IMG/VR virus record: IMGVR_UViG_3300006153_000339
Location: 2,836 to 66,835 of that record
DNA: 64,000 bases
DNA from: a virus
Strand: one strand, 5' to 3'
Shown in pieces: positions 9,671 through 19,684 of this stretch. The position numbers and the translations under genes were made by a program. The notes under the pieces were generated by a model, which was not told where the DNA came from, did not search any database, and saw nothing but the letters and a program-made list of their open reading frames with translations. Position 1 is the stretch's first letter; the number at the start of each line of letters is the position of its first letter.

Positions 9671-10078
9671 ATGAGCAATCTGAACGCATTCCTGCACCCC
9701 GTTCAGGGGGATGAGACCCAGGAGGTCATGATCTCCACCCGCTTCCGGGGAGCGGACGGCAAGCCCGTCCCCTTCAAGATTCGTGCCCTGAGCCAGGAGG
9801 AGAACGCCCGGATCAGCCGGCAGTCCATGCGCCCGGTCAGAGGCGGCAGGCGGGGAGAGAGGGAACTGGACAGCGAGGCCTACGCCAACCGCCTCATCGT
9901 GGCGGCCACGGTGGAGCCTGATTTTTCCAGCGAGGCCATGTGCAAGGCATACGGCACGATGGACCCCGTAGAAGTCCCCGGAAAGATGCTCTACGCCGGG
10001 GAGTACAAGCGGCTGATGGACGCCATCATGGAGCTGTCGCACTTTGACGACGACCTGGAGGACGAAACAAAAAACTGA
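9671..10078 (+). CDS. Tail assembly chaperone (XkdN-like)
   Basis: Ends at slippery A AAA AAC TGA. Confidence 0.85.
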   Translation: MSNLNAFLHPVQGDETQEVMISTRFRGADGKPVPFKIRALSQEENARISRQSMRPVRGGRRGERELDSEAYANRLIVAATVEPDFSSEAMCKAYGTMDPVEVPGKMLYAGEYKRLMDAIMELSHFDDDLEDETKN

Positions 10079-10233
10079 TGGACGGGGGCAACCCGGACAC
10101 TCTGCTGGCGTACTACATGTTCGTCAACCACGGGTGGCGCCCCAGTCAGGTGGACGGCCTGACGGACCGGGAAAAATTCCTGATGACGCAGTTTGCGCTG
10201 AAAGAGATCAGCTCCAGACCCAAGCCGAAGTGA
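10078..10233 (+). CDS. Chaperone -1 frameshift extension ORF (MDGGNPDTLLAYYMFVNHGWRPSQV...)
   Basis: Open -1 frame after the AAAAAAC heptamer at 10069-10075. Confidence 0.75.
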   Translation: MDGGNPDTLLAYYMFVNHGWRPSQVDGLTDREKFLMTQFALKEISSRPKPK

Positions 10234-10244
10234 GGTGAGCGCCG

Positions 10245-12230
10245 GTGGCAACGATACGGGAAACGCTGGTAATCGACGGTAATTTTGCGGCCGTTTTCTC
10301 CTCATATGTCAATCTTGGGAAACAAATGGCGGCCAGTATGCGCGTGGTCACCGAAACACAGAACGATTTCACGACCGCCGCAGCCCAGAGCAATTCCACC
10401 CTGGAGGAGATGGCAAGCACCGGCAGCCGGGCAGCGGATTCCATAGGGGAGACCGGCAATGCAGCCCGCCGGATGGCGGACGCCTCCCGCGGCGCCTCCA
10501 GCGGCCAGGAGCGGCTCAACCGCTCCATGCGCAGCGGTGCTTCGGCGGCGGACAGTCTGGCCCGCAAGATCATGGGCCTTGCCGCCGCATACGTGGGCCT
10601 GCAAGGCGCCCAGAAGCTCACCGGCCTCTCCGATACCTGGACCCAGACGACGGCCCGGCTGGACCGCATGAACGACGGGCGGCAGACCACACCGGAAGTT
10701 CAGAACATGATCTTCAACGCCGCACAACGCTCCCGCGGCGATTACCAGGATACGGCGGACATGGCGGCGAAGCTGGGCACCCTGGCCCCGGACGCCTTCG
10801 GCAGTACGGCGGAGGTGGTGGCCTTCGCGGAGCAGATCAACAAGCAGTTCACCCTGGCGGGCACCTCCGCACAGGGGGCCCAGGCCGCCATGCTCCAGCT
10901 GACCCAGGCCATGTCCTCCGGCGTACTGCGGGGCGAGGAGCTGAACTCCGTCCTGGAGCAGGCGCCCACCATTGCGCAGTCCATTGCACGGTACCTGGGC
11001 GTATCTGTCGGAGAGATGCGGGAGCTGGCCAGTGAGGGAAAAATCACGGCGGACGTGGTCAAAGCTGCCGTCTTCTCCGCGGCGGAGGAGACAAACGCGG
11101 CCTTTGCATCCATTCCGATGACTTTCTCCCAGGCTATGACGATGGTGAAAAACGAGGGGCTCAACGCCCTGCGGCCTGTTCTGGAGGAGCTGAACGCGTT
11201 CCTCAACAGCGGCATCGGCCAGGACGCGCTGAACGGCTTCATCTCCGCCGCCCGCATGGGCGGGGCGGCGCTGCTGTGGCTGGTCAGGCTGGTGGAAAAC
11301 GGCACGGCGTTCATCGCGGAGAACTGGGACACGGTCTCCACTGTTCTCATCGCCGGCGTCATTGCCGTCGGCGCAGTCATGATCGCTTCGGCCCTCGCAT
11401 CCGCCGCGGCCTGGGCGGCAGCCAACTGGCCCCTGCTGCTGATCGTGGGCGGTATCGTCCTGGTCATCTATATGGCCCGCCAGATGGGGGCCGCGTGGGA
11501 GGACGTGGGCGGAGTTGTTGGTGGTGTCCTGTATGAGCTGTTCGCCTTCGGAAACAATCTGGTGGCGGACGCCTGGAACCGGATCGCCATTTTCGCGGAG
11601 TTCTTTGCCAATGTGTTCAACGACCCCGTCGCAGCAATTGCCCATCTCTTTGCAGATCTGGCCGACTGGTCGCTGAGCATTTTACAGAGCATCGCCAGCG
11701 CCATTGACGCCGTCTTCGGCAGCAACCTGGCGGATGCCGTTGGCGGCTGGCGGTCCAGTGTGCAGGACTGGGCGGATTCCTTCGGAGAAAATGAGATCAA
11801 AATCCAACGCATGGAGAAAATCCAGTATGACGACGCCTGGGACCGGGGCGCCCGGATGGGCCGCAGCGCCGGTGCCGCACTGGACAATTTCAACATTCAG
11901 GACTACATGGTCCAGGCCGGCGGCGCGGGCTTTGATTACGATGCCTTCACTGCCGCCTTCGGGCTGGGCAGCACCCTCTCCGGTATCGGGGAGGACACCA
12001 GGGCCATCCGAAACAGCGTGGCCCTCTCGGAGGAGGACATCAGGATGCTTGTGGATATGGCGACACGGGAGTACGTGAGCAATATCAACCTCACCGCCCA
12101 GACCCCCATCATCAACATTACCGGACAGAATACCGGCGACACAGAAATGGACAAGCGGGCCCTGGCTGATGCCATCCGAGACATTCTGATGGAGGAATCC
12201 GCCAGTCACACCGACCTGGCCTATACGTAA
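10245..12230 (+). CDS. Tape measure protein
   Basis: QLTQAMSSGVLRGEELNSVLEQAP tape-measure domain. Confidence 0.92.
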   Translation: MATIRETLVIDGNFAAVFSSYVNLGKQMAASMRVVTETQNDFTTAAAQSNSTLEEMASTGSRAADSIGETGNAARRMADASRGASSGQERLNRSMRSGASAADSLARKIMGLAAAYVGLQGAQKLTGLSDTWTQTTARLDRMNDGRQTTPEVQNMIFNAAQRSRGDYQDTADMAAKLGTLAPDAFGSTAEVVAFAEQINKQFTLAGTSAQGAQAAMLQLTQAMSSGVLRGEELNSVLEQAPTIAQSIARYLGVSVGEMRELASEGKITADVVKAAVFSAAEETNAAFASIPMTFSQAMTMVKNEGLNALRPVLEELNAFLNSGIGQDALNGFISAARMGGAALLWLVRLVENGTAFIAENWDTVSTVLIAGVIAVGAVMIASALASAAAWAAANWPLLLIVGGIVLVIYMARQMGAAWEDVGGVVGGVLYELFAFGNNLVADAWNRIAIFAEFFANVFNDPVAAIAHLFADLADWSLSILQSIASAIDAVFGSNLADAVGGWRSSVQDWADSFGENEIKIQRMEKIQYDDAWDRGARMGRSAGAALDNFNIQDYMVQAGGAGFDYDAFTAAFGLGSTLSGIGEDTRAIRNSVALSEEDIRMLVDMATREYVSNINLTAQTPIINITGQNTGDTEMDKRALADAIRDILMEESASHTDLAYT

Positions 12231-12240
12231 GGAGGCGGGC

Positions 12241-12981
12241 ATGGAGAACAAATACGGCCTCTACATCGCCCACGAGAGTACGGTGGTCCGCCTGCCGGTA
12301 AACCCGGAGAGCTATTCCACCACCAAGGACACCGACAACGGCAATTACAACGTCCTGGGCATAGGCCCCATCATGATCCCCCGCACGCCGAAGCTTCAGG
12401 CGGTCAGCTGGTCCGGCCTTCTGCCGGGGCGGGCGGACATGGGTGCGGTTCTGACGGCGGGAGCCTTCCAGCCTCCCCGGTTCTACATCGATTTCCTGCA
12501 GGCCGCTATGGATGAGAAGTGGATCGTCCGGTTTGTCGCCAACCGCTGTCTGGAGGACGGCACCCCCCTCTTCGACACCAACATGGAGGCCCTGGTCACC
12601 CGGTTCCAATCGGAGGAGCGGGGCGGGGAGACAGGGGATTTTTACTACGACATCGCTCTGAGCGAGTATCGGGACTACTCCCCGAAAACCGTCAAGCTCC
12701 AGCCGCCATCCCAGGCGGGTCAGCCCGTGACTGCCGCGGCGGAGGCCGCCCGCTCCATTCCCAAGGGCCAGATGACGGTAGGACAGGCCGTGACGGTCAA
12801 CGGGGACTGCTTCTGCACCAGCTATGGCGGCGAGCCCCACACCACCCTCTCCGGCTTTCGCGGGACGATCTCCCGGATCGTCACAACCGATCCCCAGCGG
12901 CCCTATCCGTATCACATCACCACGGAGAGCGGCGGCGCCAAGGGGTGGGTCAAAGCCGGCCAGATGCAGGCGGTGCGCTGA
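12241..12981 (+). CDS. XkdP-like tail tube initiator with C-terminal SH3-like domain
   Basis: LPVNPE and L.EYRDY motifs; PYPYHI...GWV tail. Confidence 0.7.
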   Translation: MENKYGLYIAHESTVVRLPVNPESYSTTKDTDNGNYNVLGIGPIMIPRTPKLQAVSWSGLLPGRADMGAVLTAGAFQPPRFYIDFLQAAMDEKWIVRFVANRCLEDGTPLFDTNMEALVTRFQSEERGGETGDFYYDIALSEYRDYSPKTVKLQPPSQAGQPVTAAAEAARSIPKGQMTVGQAVTVNGDCFCTSYGGEPHTTLSGFRGTISRIVTTDPQRPYPYHITTESGGAKGWVKAGQMQAVR

Positions 12982-13955
12982 TGGTCTGCGAGCTGATTAT
13001 CCTGGAGAAGCGTACCGGGAACGCCTGGGATGCCGCTCCCCAGGTCCAGAGCGTCACCTACACCACCAACCGCACCGGCTCCCCCGGTACGCTGAAATTC
13101 ACCGTGAACGCCTCCGGCGGGCTCTCCTTCGTAGAGGGGGACCCGGTCCGCTTCTCCGTGGATGGCCAGCTTATTTTCCTTGGCTGGGTGTTCACCAAGA
13201 GCCGGGACCGGCACGCCGTCATCGATGTCACCTGCTACGACCAGCTGCGCTACCTGAAAGCCAGCGCCAGCTACTGCTTCACCGGCCGCACGGCGGGAGA
13301 GATCATCACCGAGATCGCCCAGGACTTCCAGCTGAAGGTGGGGGCCCTGGATGATACCGGTTACCCAATCCCCACCCTCATCATGGAGGAGAAGAGCTGC
13401 CTGGACGTCATCTCCACGGCCATCCAGAAGACACTGCTGGCTACCGGAACGCTGTATACCTTCTTCGATGACGGAGGAGCGCTGTCCCTCCGGGAGGCGG
13501 GCGCAATGGTAGCGGAGGGTGTGGTGGGTGACGGCTCCCTGCTGACGGATTACAGCTATAAGACCGACATCGACCAGCAGACCTGCAACTCCATCAAGCT
13601 CTCCCGGCCCAACGAGGCCACAGGCCGGGCGGACGTGTTCCAGGTCACAGACAGCGCCAATATCGGCCGCTGGGGGCTTTTGCAGCACTACCAGACCATA
13701 GATGAGAACCTGAACGACGCCCAGGCGGAGAGCCAGGCCCGCGCCATGCTCAAATACCATAACCGGCGCTTCCGCACGTTAAAAGTGCAGGCGCTTGGCA
13801 TTTTGGGCCTGCGGGCGGGGCAGATGCTGATGATGGACATCGCGCACCTGGGCGACATCAGCCTCCACGGCCTGGTGCTGCTGGAGCGGGTAACCCACAC
13901 ATTCAAAAACGACTTGCATGAAATGGACTTCGACGTCCAGGAGCTGGGAGTATAG
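12981..13955 (+). CDS. Baseplate hub (XkdQ-like)
   Basis: R.GSPG.L.F, CYDQLRYLK, WGLLQ motifs. Confidence 0.85.
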   Translation: MVCELIILEKRTGNAWDAAPQVQSVTYTTNRTGSPGTLKFTVNASGGLSFVEGDPVRFSVDGQLIFLGWVFTKSRDRHAVIDVTCYDQLRYLKASASYCFTGRTAGEIITEIAQDFQLKVGALDDTGYPIPTLIMEEKSCLDVISTAIQKTLLATGTLYTFFDDGGALSLREAGAMVAEGVVGDGSLLTDYSYKTDIDQQTCNSIKLSRPNEATGRADVFQVTDSANIGRWGLLQHYQTIDENLNDAQAESQARAMLKYHNRRFRTLKVQALGILGLRAGQMLMMDIAHLGDISLHGLVLLERVTHTFKNDLHEMDFDVQELGV

Positions 13956-13958
13956 GAA

Positions 13959-14480
13959 ATGGATCTCTCTGATGTGATACGCCAGATGATGCAGCAGTCC
14001 ATGGAGGGCTACGGCCTGTCCGACATGACCATTGGGACCGTCACCAGCACAAAGCCGCTGGCGGTTAAAATCCGGGAGGGCATGGCGGATGTCCCCCAGG
14101 AGGCGCTGCGCCTGACGGCGGCAGTGATTGAGAAGAAAATCCCCGTCCTGGAGCACCTGCACACAACAGCAGGATTCCGGCACACCCACAGCCTGCCGGA
14201 CCTGGCCCACACTCACAGCGGCGAGGACGGAGAAACCGGATCGGCTCTGGAAGGTATCTATGAGACGGAGGCCGGCCTGCAGCAGGACGCCTTTGATTCC
14301 GACAAGCGGCTGCTGAAAAACGAGATTGTCTGCTATGAGGACGGGAAGCCGCTGCCGGTGAAGGACGGCTATATCATCCTCAACCGCGCCCTGGAGGCCG
14401 GTGACAAGGTCCTGCTCCTCCGGGTCATGCGGGGCCAGCAGTTTATCATCCTGTCGAGGGTATTTGAGAAGGAGGCATAG
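13959..14480 (+). CDS. DUF2577/XkdR-like spike protein
   Basis: GTVTSTKPL, L..GDKVLLLRV..GQQFIIL, His-rich tip. Confidence 0.8.
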   Translation: MDLSDVIRQMMQQSMEGYGLSDMTIGTVTSTKPLAVKIREGMADVPQEALRLTAAVIEKKIPVLEHLHTTAGFRHTHSLPDLAHTHSGEDGETGSALEGIYETEAGLQQDAFDSDKRLLKNEIVCYEDGKPLPVKDGYIILNRALEAGDKVLLLRVMRGQQFIILSRVFEKEA

Positions 14481-14482
14481 CC

Positions 14483-14887
14483 ATGCTGCCGCAGTCAAAT
14501 ATCGACCTGTCCCAGGGGGTCGTCTTCCAGGACCAGCCCTCCCTCACCTGGATCGCGGACCCGGTGACCAACCGGCTCCGGGGCTGGGGAGACAACTACG
14601 AGGCTGTCCGGCAGGCGGTGGAAATCATCGTCAATGTGGAGCGGTTCAAGTGGCAGATCTATACCCCCAATTTCGGCACGGACTATGACAGTCTGCTGGG
14701 CACAGACTACGGCTACGCCGCCTCTGAGCTGCGCCGGCGGCTGGAGGACGCTTTCCTGCCGGACAGCCGGATTCTGGGCATCAAGGACTACACATATACC
14801 TTCCGGGACGTGTGCCTGACCGTCACCTTCACAGCGCGGACCGTGTTCGGCGACGTGCCGGGCGGAATGGAAATTCCGCTGAATTGA
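14483..14887 (+). CDS. DUF2634/XkdS-like baseplate wedge protein
   Basis: EAVRQAV..ERF..IY..FG motif. Confidence 0.82.
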   Translation: MLPQSNIDLSQGVVFQDQPSLTWIADPVTNRLRGWGDNYEAVRQAVEIIVNVERFKWQIYTPNFGTDYDSLLGTDYGYAASELRRRLEDAFLPDSRILGIKDYTYTFRDVCLTVTFTARTVFGDVPGGMEIPLN

Positions 14888-14895
14888 CCACGATT

Positions 14896-14933
14896 TTTGC
14901 ACCTTGACAACCTCATATCGAGACAGCGGAAAA
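14896..14933 (+). repeat. boxA-like + anti-terminator arm, copy 1
   Basis: 37/38 identical to 45801-45838; 14910-14929 is the reverse complement of 15265-15284 (1 mismatch). Confidence 0.85.
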
Positions 14934-15030
14934 GTTCTCAAAACCTCCCTGTTCCGTCCTGTCCGGCAAGACAGATTCCCGGACAGACCAGCTTTGGGGA
15001 TTGCCCGGAGTCGGAAGCATAAGAGGAAGC

Positions 15031-15059
15031 TTGAAACCGGGGAAAAGATATGCTATAAT
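15031..15059 (+). promoter_or_regulatory. Moron sigma-A promoter
   Basis: TTGAAA-17 nt-TATAAT with extended TG. Confidence 0.85.
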
Positions 15060-15091
15060 CAACCTATCTAAAAGAAAGGGAGGCCAATCGT

Positions 15092-15244
15092 ATGCCGACA
15101 GACAGAGAGTCTATCGAGATCAAGAAGTCGATGGCCTATGACTTGATTGATATTATCGAGTCGGCTGAGGGGAAGGAGTCCTACACCCCGGAGGAAATCA
15201 AGGCGCTCATCAAGGCGTATATCACAGGAATGTCGCAGAAGTAA
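15092..15244 (+). CDS. Moron small protein (50 aa, MPTDRESIEIKKSMAYDLIDIIESAEGKESYTPEEIKALIKAYITGMSQK)
   Basis: Own promoter, AAAGGGAGG RBS and terminator. Confidence 0.8.
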   Translation: MPTDRESIEIKKSMAYDLIDIIESAEGKESYTPEEIKALIKAYITGMSQK

Positions 15245-15257
15245 ACAGAAGAATTTG

Positions 15258-15297
15258 AAAATCCCCGCTATCTCGATATGAGGTAGCGGGGATTTTT
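15258..15297 (+). terminator. Moron terminator (right arm, copy 1)
   Basis: AAAATCCCCGCTATCTC-GATAT-GAGGTAGCGGGGATTTTT. Confidence 0.85.
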
Positions 15298-15316
15298 GTA
15301 TGACAGCGGTGAGAAC

Positions 15317-16429
15317 ATGATTGACTTCACATCCAAAACATACCGGAATATTTTACAGGCCCAGCTGGACCGGGTGCCCAGCTCCCTGGACAAGCGGGAG
15401 GGCTCCATGATCCAGACCGCCCTGGGGGCGGGGGCCTACTCCCTGGAGGAGTTCTACCTGGAGCTGGATCAGGTCCAGCGGGGAGCCTGCCTGCAAACGG
15501 CCGTCGGTCAGGATCTGGAGTATCTGGCCGTGCTGGCCAACGTTCAGCGGTATCCGGCCTCCCCGGCGGTGCGGCTGGGAATATTCAATGTGGACGTCCC
15601 CATTGGCGCCCGCTTCTCCACCATTGACGGCGCGGACAGCGTCAACTTCATCGCCGCGGAGAAGGTCAGCGATGGCCGCTTTCAGATGACCTGTGAGACC
15701 CCCGGCGCCATCGGGAACCAGTACACCGGCCCCATCCTCCCCATCACCTACATCCAGGGCCTGACCTCGGCGGAGCTGACGGACATTCTGGTGGCGGGGG
15801 ACGACGCGGAGAGCGATGATGATCTGCGCAGGCGGGCCATCACCGCCCTGAACGAGCAGCCCTTCGGCGGCAATGTGGCGGACTACAAGCGGGTGGTCCT
15901 GGACATCGACGGCGTGGGCGGCCTGCAGGTCTATCCCACTTGGGACGGCGGCGGCACGGTAAAGCTGAGCATCATCGGCGCGGACTGGATGCCCGCCTCC
16001 GAGCAGCTGGTGGAGACGGTCCAGGACACCGTGGACCCTCCCCCTGATCAGGGCCTGGGCTACGGTACCGCCCCCATCGGGGCCAAGGTGACGGTCACCA
16101 CACCGGAGGCTGTGGGGATAAACGTCTCCGCCGCACTGGCGGTGAGTACGGGGTATACCACCGCCCAGCTGGCCCAACCGGTGCGGGAGGCGGTGGAGGC
16201 ATACCTGCTCTCCATCCGCCGGGAGTGGGACCAGCCGGAGGAGTCCGGCATGACCCGCTACGATTGCTGGGTCTACGCCGCCCGCATGACGGCGGCGATG
16301 CTGTCGGTGCAGGGGGTGGTCAATGTCACGGACCTCACCATCAACGGCGCAGCGGCGGACCTCCAGCTCACGGAGAATGGCCTGCTCCAGCAGGTGCCGG
16401 TCCTGGGGGAGGTGTCGGTCCGTGCCTGA
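15317..16429 (+). CDS. Baseplate J/XkdT-like protein
   Basis: LDKREGS, G.D.ESDD.LR.R, GGN..DY motifs. Confidence 0.92.
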   Translation: MIDFTSKTYRNILQAQLDRVPSSLDKREGSMIQTALGAGAYSLEEFYLELDQVQRGACLQTAVGQDLEYLAVLANVQRYPASPAVRLGIFNVDVPIGARFSTIDGADSVNFIAAEKVSDGRFQMTCETPGAIGNQYTGPILPITYIQGLTSAELTDILVAGDDAESDDDLRRRAITALNEQPFGGNVADYKRVVLDIDGVGGLQVYPTWDGGGTVKLSIIGADWMPASEQLVETVQDTVDPPPDQGLGYGTAPIGAKVTVTTPEAVGINVSAALAVSTGYTTAQLAQPVREAVEAYLLSIRREWDQPEESGMTRYDCWVYAARMTAAMLSVQGVVNVTDLTINGAAADLQLTENGLLQQVPVLGEVSVRA

Positions 16430-17303
16430 GACACAGATCTGCCAGTACTACCCGCCCTGGTTCCGACGCATTCTGGATTTCCAGGCCCTGTGCCAGACGG
16501 AGAAAATGGAGTTGGACGCGATGGCGGAGGCCATGGACCAGATCCACAAAAACCTCTTCGTCCAGACTATGGATGAGGGGACGGCCGCCCAGTGGGAAGC
16601 CATCCTCCGCATCCTGCCCGCGCCGGAGGAGACGCTGGCGTTCCGCCGTCTGCGGGTGCAGAACCGGCTCTCCCTGCGTCCACCTTTTACGCTGATTTTC
16701 CTGCGGGAGAAGCTGGACCTGCTCTTCGGCCCCGGCAATTATGAGATAGAGGTGGATTATCCCAACTATACCCTGTATATCGAAGCACCGGCGGAACGTC
16801 AGGCATATTTTACAGAGGTCTCCGCCCTGCTGCGCATCGTCAAGCCCTGTCACATCGTCTACCGGCCCCGGATGCGGCTGCGCGGCTCCCTGCTGCTGTC
16901 AGAGCGCATCGGACGGGGGCGGATGACCTGGAACTACAACCTCGGCGCGTGGACGCTGGGGGAAAGGCCTTTCGCCACATTTGAGGAGCAGGAGGTATTG
17001 AAATTGGAAACAACGGCCAGCGCTTCCCCCGCTCTCCTGGAGCAGACAGCGGCCTTTGTCGCAGAGGATGTGGCGGAAGCCCGCATCAACGGCAGCATCC
17101 TCATCACAGACCTGACCCGCTTCACCCTGGGCAGCGTAGGCAGCGTGGCCTATCCGGTGAGCCGGTCCCAAACGGAGGAGATCACCCTGGCGGAACTGCT
17201 GAACAAGGATGGAAAGGTCCTATCCTCCAGCACAGTGGTGGTGCCGGTTCTGGAGGAGACCACCGTGCTGCGGCACAGTTTTACGATTAAGGAGGGCGCA
17301 TAA
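16422..17303 (+). CDS. DUF2313/XkdU-like tail protein with C-terminal extension
   Basis: WE.IL.I, TL..RR, KPCH motifs. Confidence 0.8.
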   Translation: MPETQICQYYPPWFRRILDFQALCQTEKMELDAMAEAMDQIHKNLFVQTMDEGTAAQWEAILRILPAPEETLAFRRLRVQNRLSLRPPFTLIFLREKLDLLFGPGNYEIEVDYPNYTLYIEAPAERQAYFTEVSALLRIVKPCHIVYRPRMRLRGSLLLSERIGRGRMTWNYNLGAWTLGERPFATFEEQEVLKLETTASASPALLEQTAAFVAEDVAEARINGSILITDLTRFTLGSVGSVAYPVSRSQTEEITLAELLNKDGKVLSSSTVVVPVLEETTVLRHSFTIKEGA

Positions 17304-18835
17304 TGGCAGAGAAACCCATTAAAACCCCGCTTCCGGCGGACCTGCCGGAAAATTGGACCGCCGGCCAAACCATAGCCCCGGAGGGCGCCTCTGTAGGCCT
17401 GTCGGAGCAGCACGGTTACAACTACCTCATGGCGGCGGTGAACCGTGCCCAGCGTGGTGTGAACGCGGTCAACGAGGCCTTCGAGACGGTCTCTGGTAAG
17501 CGGACCTGCCGCTTCACTGTGGGCACGTCCCGCGCCGGCTGGACGGCGGCGGACTGCGACTACCTGTGCGACGGGGTGGATGACCAGGTGGAGATCAACC
17601 AGGCACTCAGCGCTCTAGGAGCTACCGGCGGAGAGGTCGTGCTTCTGGATGGTGACTATAACCTCAGCGGCGTAGTTACCATTCCCATATGGTGTGTGCT
17701 GCGCGGAAACGGCATCGGTACGCGCCTGATGCGCACGGAGGCTGCCGCCGGCGGAGAGGAGTGCCAGCAGATCATCACCGTGCGGGGCCTGCTGTGCGAT
17801 CTTTTGTATATAGGGGCCTTTGTAACGACATGGCCGGAGGAGCAGTATGAGATCTGCATAAGAGGCGGCTCGGTTGCAAATGTGGATTTTAGATGGTGCG
17901 GTCAGGCGATCTGTGTCATGAGCGCAGGGGACGGAGCGGATATGTCCAGGATCGTCAACTGCAGCGGGAGTTCCGTTCATACCTGCTTTGTTTTCGTAGG
18001 CACTAACAACGGAACTTTGTTGGTTGAAAACAACTATGTTTCTATGGGCGGCGGCATGTTTCTGGACACGGCGGAAGGGCAGTGTCCCCTGCTGATCATC
18101 AAAGGCAATTATGGCTCTAACCCTTATTGCGGCAAAATCCGTCTGCGGAGGAGCAGCAATCAAATGGGCGGGAGTATTATCGAGGGAAACTGCCTGTATC
18201 GCCTTGAAATCGACGACGATGTGGGCAACAGCGGCCTGCAAGTCGGCAATCTCATTATCGGGAATATTTTCGCTACAACTGGCAGTACATCCGAGGCGGG
18301 CCCGGTCATCGTCCTGGGCGAAAAATCCGGCGGGAATTTTGTGGTGGGCAACATGCTGCTCCGCCCCTATGAAAACGCGAATTATGCGATTCAGGACCTG
18401 GGCACCAACAACATTGTCCGTTTCAACTCCGATGACCCCGGCGGCAGCACCCCCGCCACAGTCCAGCAGGCCACACCCACCATCTCCGTCAACGCCGACG
18501 GCACCGTGACCACGCTTCCCAAAGTAGTGGGCTCGCAAAGCTATGTAATCCCCGAAACCGCAGTGGCTCTGTATGTCTACGGTTCGGGCAATATCAAGGA
18601 CGGCGTGTCCATTTTCGGTGTGCAGGGTACGCTGGAGACCGGCGGAAGCACGGCGGGCGTGACCAGCTTCAACGGCCGCACCGGGGCAGTTGTGCCGGGG
18701 AACGAGGACTATACTGCGGCAGATGTGGGCGCAATTCCGGCAGCGGCGGTAAAATCCGTTCAGGTAGTGACACAGGCGGAGTATGATGCTCTGACCACGA
18801 AGGATACATCTGTGCTGTATCTGATTAAGGAGTAA
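17303..18835 (+). CDS. Tail fibre/spike with beta-helix-like central domain
   Basis: ADYLCDGVDDQVEINQAL..GG.V.LLDG.Y, I.GN repeats, VTSFNGRTGAV module. Confidence 0.75.
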   Translation: MAEKPIKTPLPADLPENWTAGQTIAPEGASVGLSEQHGYNYLMAAVNRAQRGVNAVNEAFETVSGKRTCRFTVGTSRAGWTAADCDYLCDGVDDQVEINQALSALGATGGEVVLLDGDYNLSGVVTIPIWCVLRGNGIGTRLMRTEAAAGGEECQQIITVRGLLCDLLYIGAFVTTWPEEQYEICIRGGSVANVDFRWCGQAICVMSAGDGADMSRIVNCSGSSVHTCFVFVGTNNGTLLVENNYVSMGGGMFLDTAEGQCPLLIIKGNYGSNPYCGKIRLRRSSNQMGGSIIEGNCLYRLEIDDDVGNSGLQVGNLIIGNIFATTGSTSEAGPVIVLGEKSGGNFVVGNMLLRPYENANYAIQDLGTNNIVRFNSDDPGGSTPATVQQATPTISVNADGTVTTLPKVVGSQSYVIPETAVALYVYGSGNIKDGVSIFGVQGTLETGGSTAGVTSFNGRTGAVVPGNEDYTAADVGAIPAAAVKSVQVVTQAEYDALTTKDTSVLYLIKE

Positions 18836-18839
18836 CACC

Positions 18840-19646
18840 ATGATAAAGCTGGGAGATCAGAAAATCACAACCATGTACGCAGGAGCGCAGAAGATCGCGA
18901 AGGCGTATGTAGGAGAGGCCAAACTATTTGGTGAGGATGTCTCCCCTTCCCGGCTACCGGAGGGGTATACGGAGGTGGAGTATATCAGTAATCCGAATGG
19001 GGCCTATATCCAGGATTTCAACTACGCGAACGGCAAGAAGCTTTTCAACAATCCTTTTCTGAATCTCAAAGGAGAACTGGTGGTCAAACTTCCCTCTGTA
19101 AGCAAAGAAAGCTATCTCTTCGGAAACTATTACTGGAGAAAAACCTATACGAACGAGCTTAATCCACGGATGTCGGGAAGCACCAATCAGTTGACAATCA
19201 ACAAGGACAACACGATACAAATCCAGCCTTCCGGCGGGCTGTACTCCAACTACAAGCTGACCTACACCCCCAACACAATCGCCACCATTATTTATGATAT
19301 TCCAAAGCTCCTTTTCAGTGTAGACGGAAATCAGGCAGAAATGAAAGCCACGAGCACCGCCATCAAGACATCGTCCTACTCATTTTGCATTTTTGCAAGA
19401 AGATACCTGTACTGTCAGACAACGAGCAGTTCCTGTACTCCGACAGGAACCGCTGATGGAATGGTTGATATGACGTTGTATTCTTTCAAAATATATGCGT
19501 CAACGGCAGAATCGACAGGCGATCTTGTTGCTGATTATGTTCCATGTATCAATCAGGAAGGAAAAGCCGGGTTATATGATATTGTCAATCAGGCCTTTCA
19601 CGGTTCAAAAAATGAAAATGAATTTACCCCCGGCCCCGCCGTCTGA
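18840..19646 (+). CDS. Putative receptor-binding/fibre tip protein
   Basis: LPEGYTEVEYI...YSFKIY...DYVPC...GLYD frame around a low-GC variable core. Confidence 0.6.
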   Translation: MIKLGDQKITTMYAGAQKIAKAYVGEAKLFGEDVSPSRLPEGYTEVEYISNPNGAYIQDFNYANGKKLFNNPFLNLKGELVVKLPSVSKESYLFGNYYWRKTYTNELNPRMSGSTNQLTINKDNTIQIQPSGGLYSNYKLTYTPNTIATIIYDIPKLLFSVDGNQAEMKATSTAIKTSSYSFCIFARRYLYCQTTSSSCTPTGTADGMVDMTLYSFKIYASTAESTGDLVADYVPCINQEGKAGLYDIVNQAFHGSKNENEFTPGPAV

Positions 19647-19684
19647 CAAAAAGCCCGCCCCCTCGCGGGGGCGGGAGCGGTTTA
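19647..19684. terminator. Bidirectional terminator
   Basis: AAAAAG-CCCGCCCCC-TCGC-GGGGGCGGG hairpin between convergent genes. Confidence 0.7.

Noticed and set aside
10044..10238. 64-aa ORF listed after the chaperone
   Set aside because: Wrong frame; the -1 frame 10078-10233 gives the phage-like product
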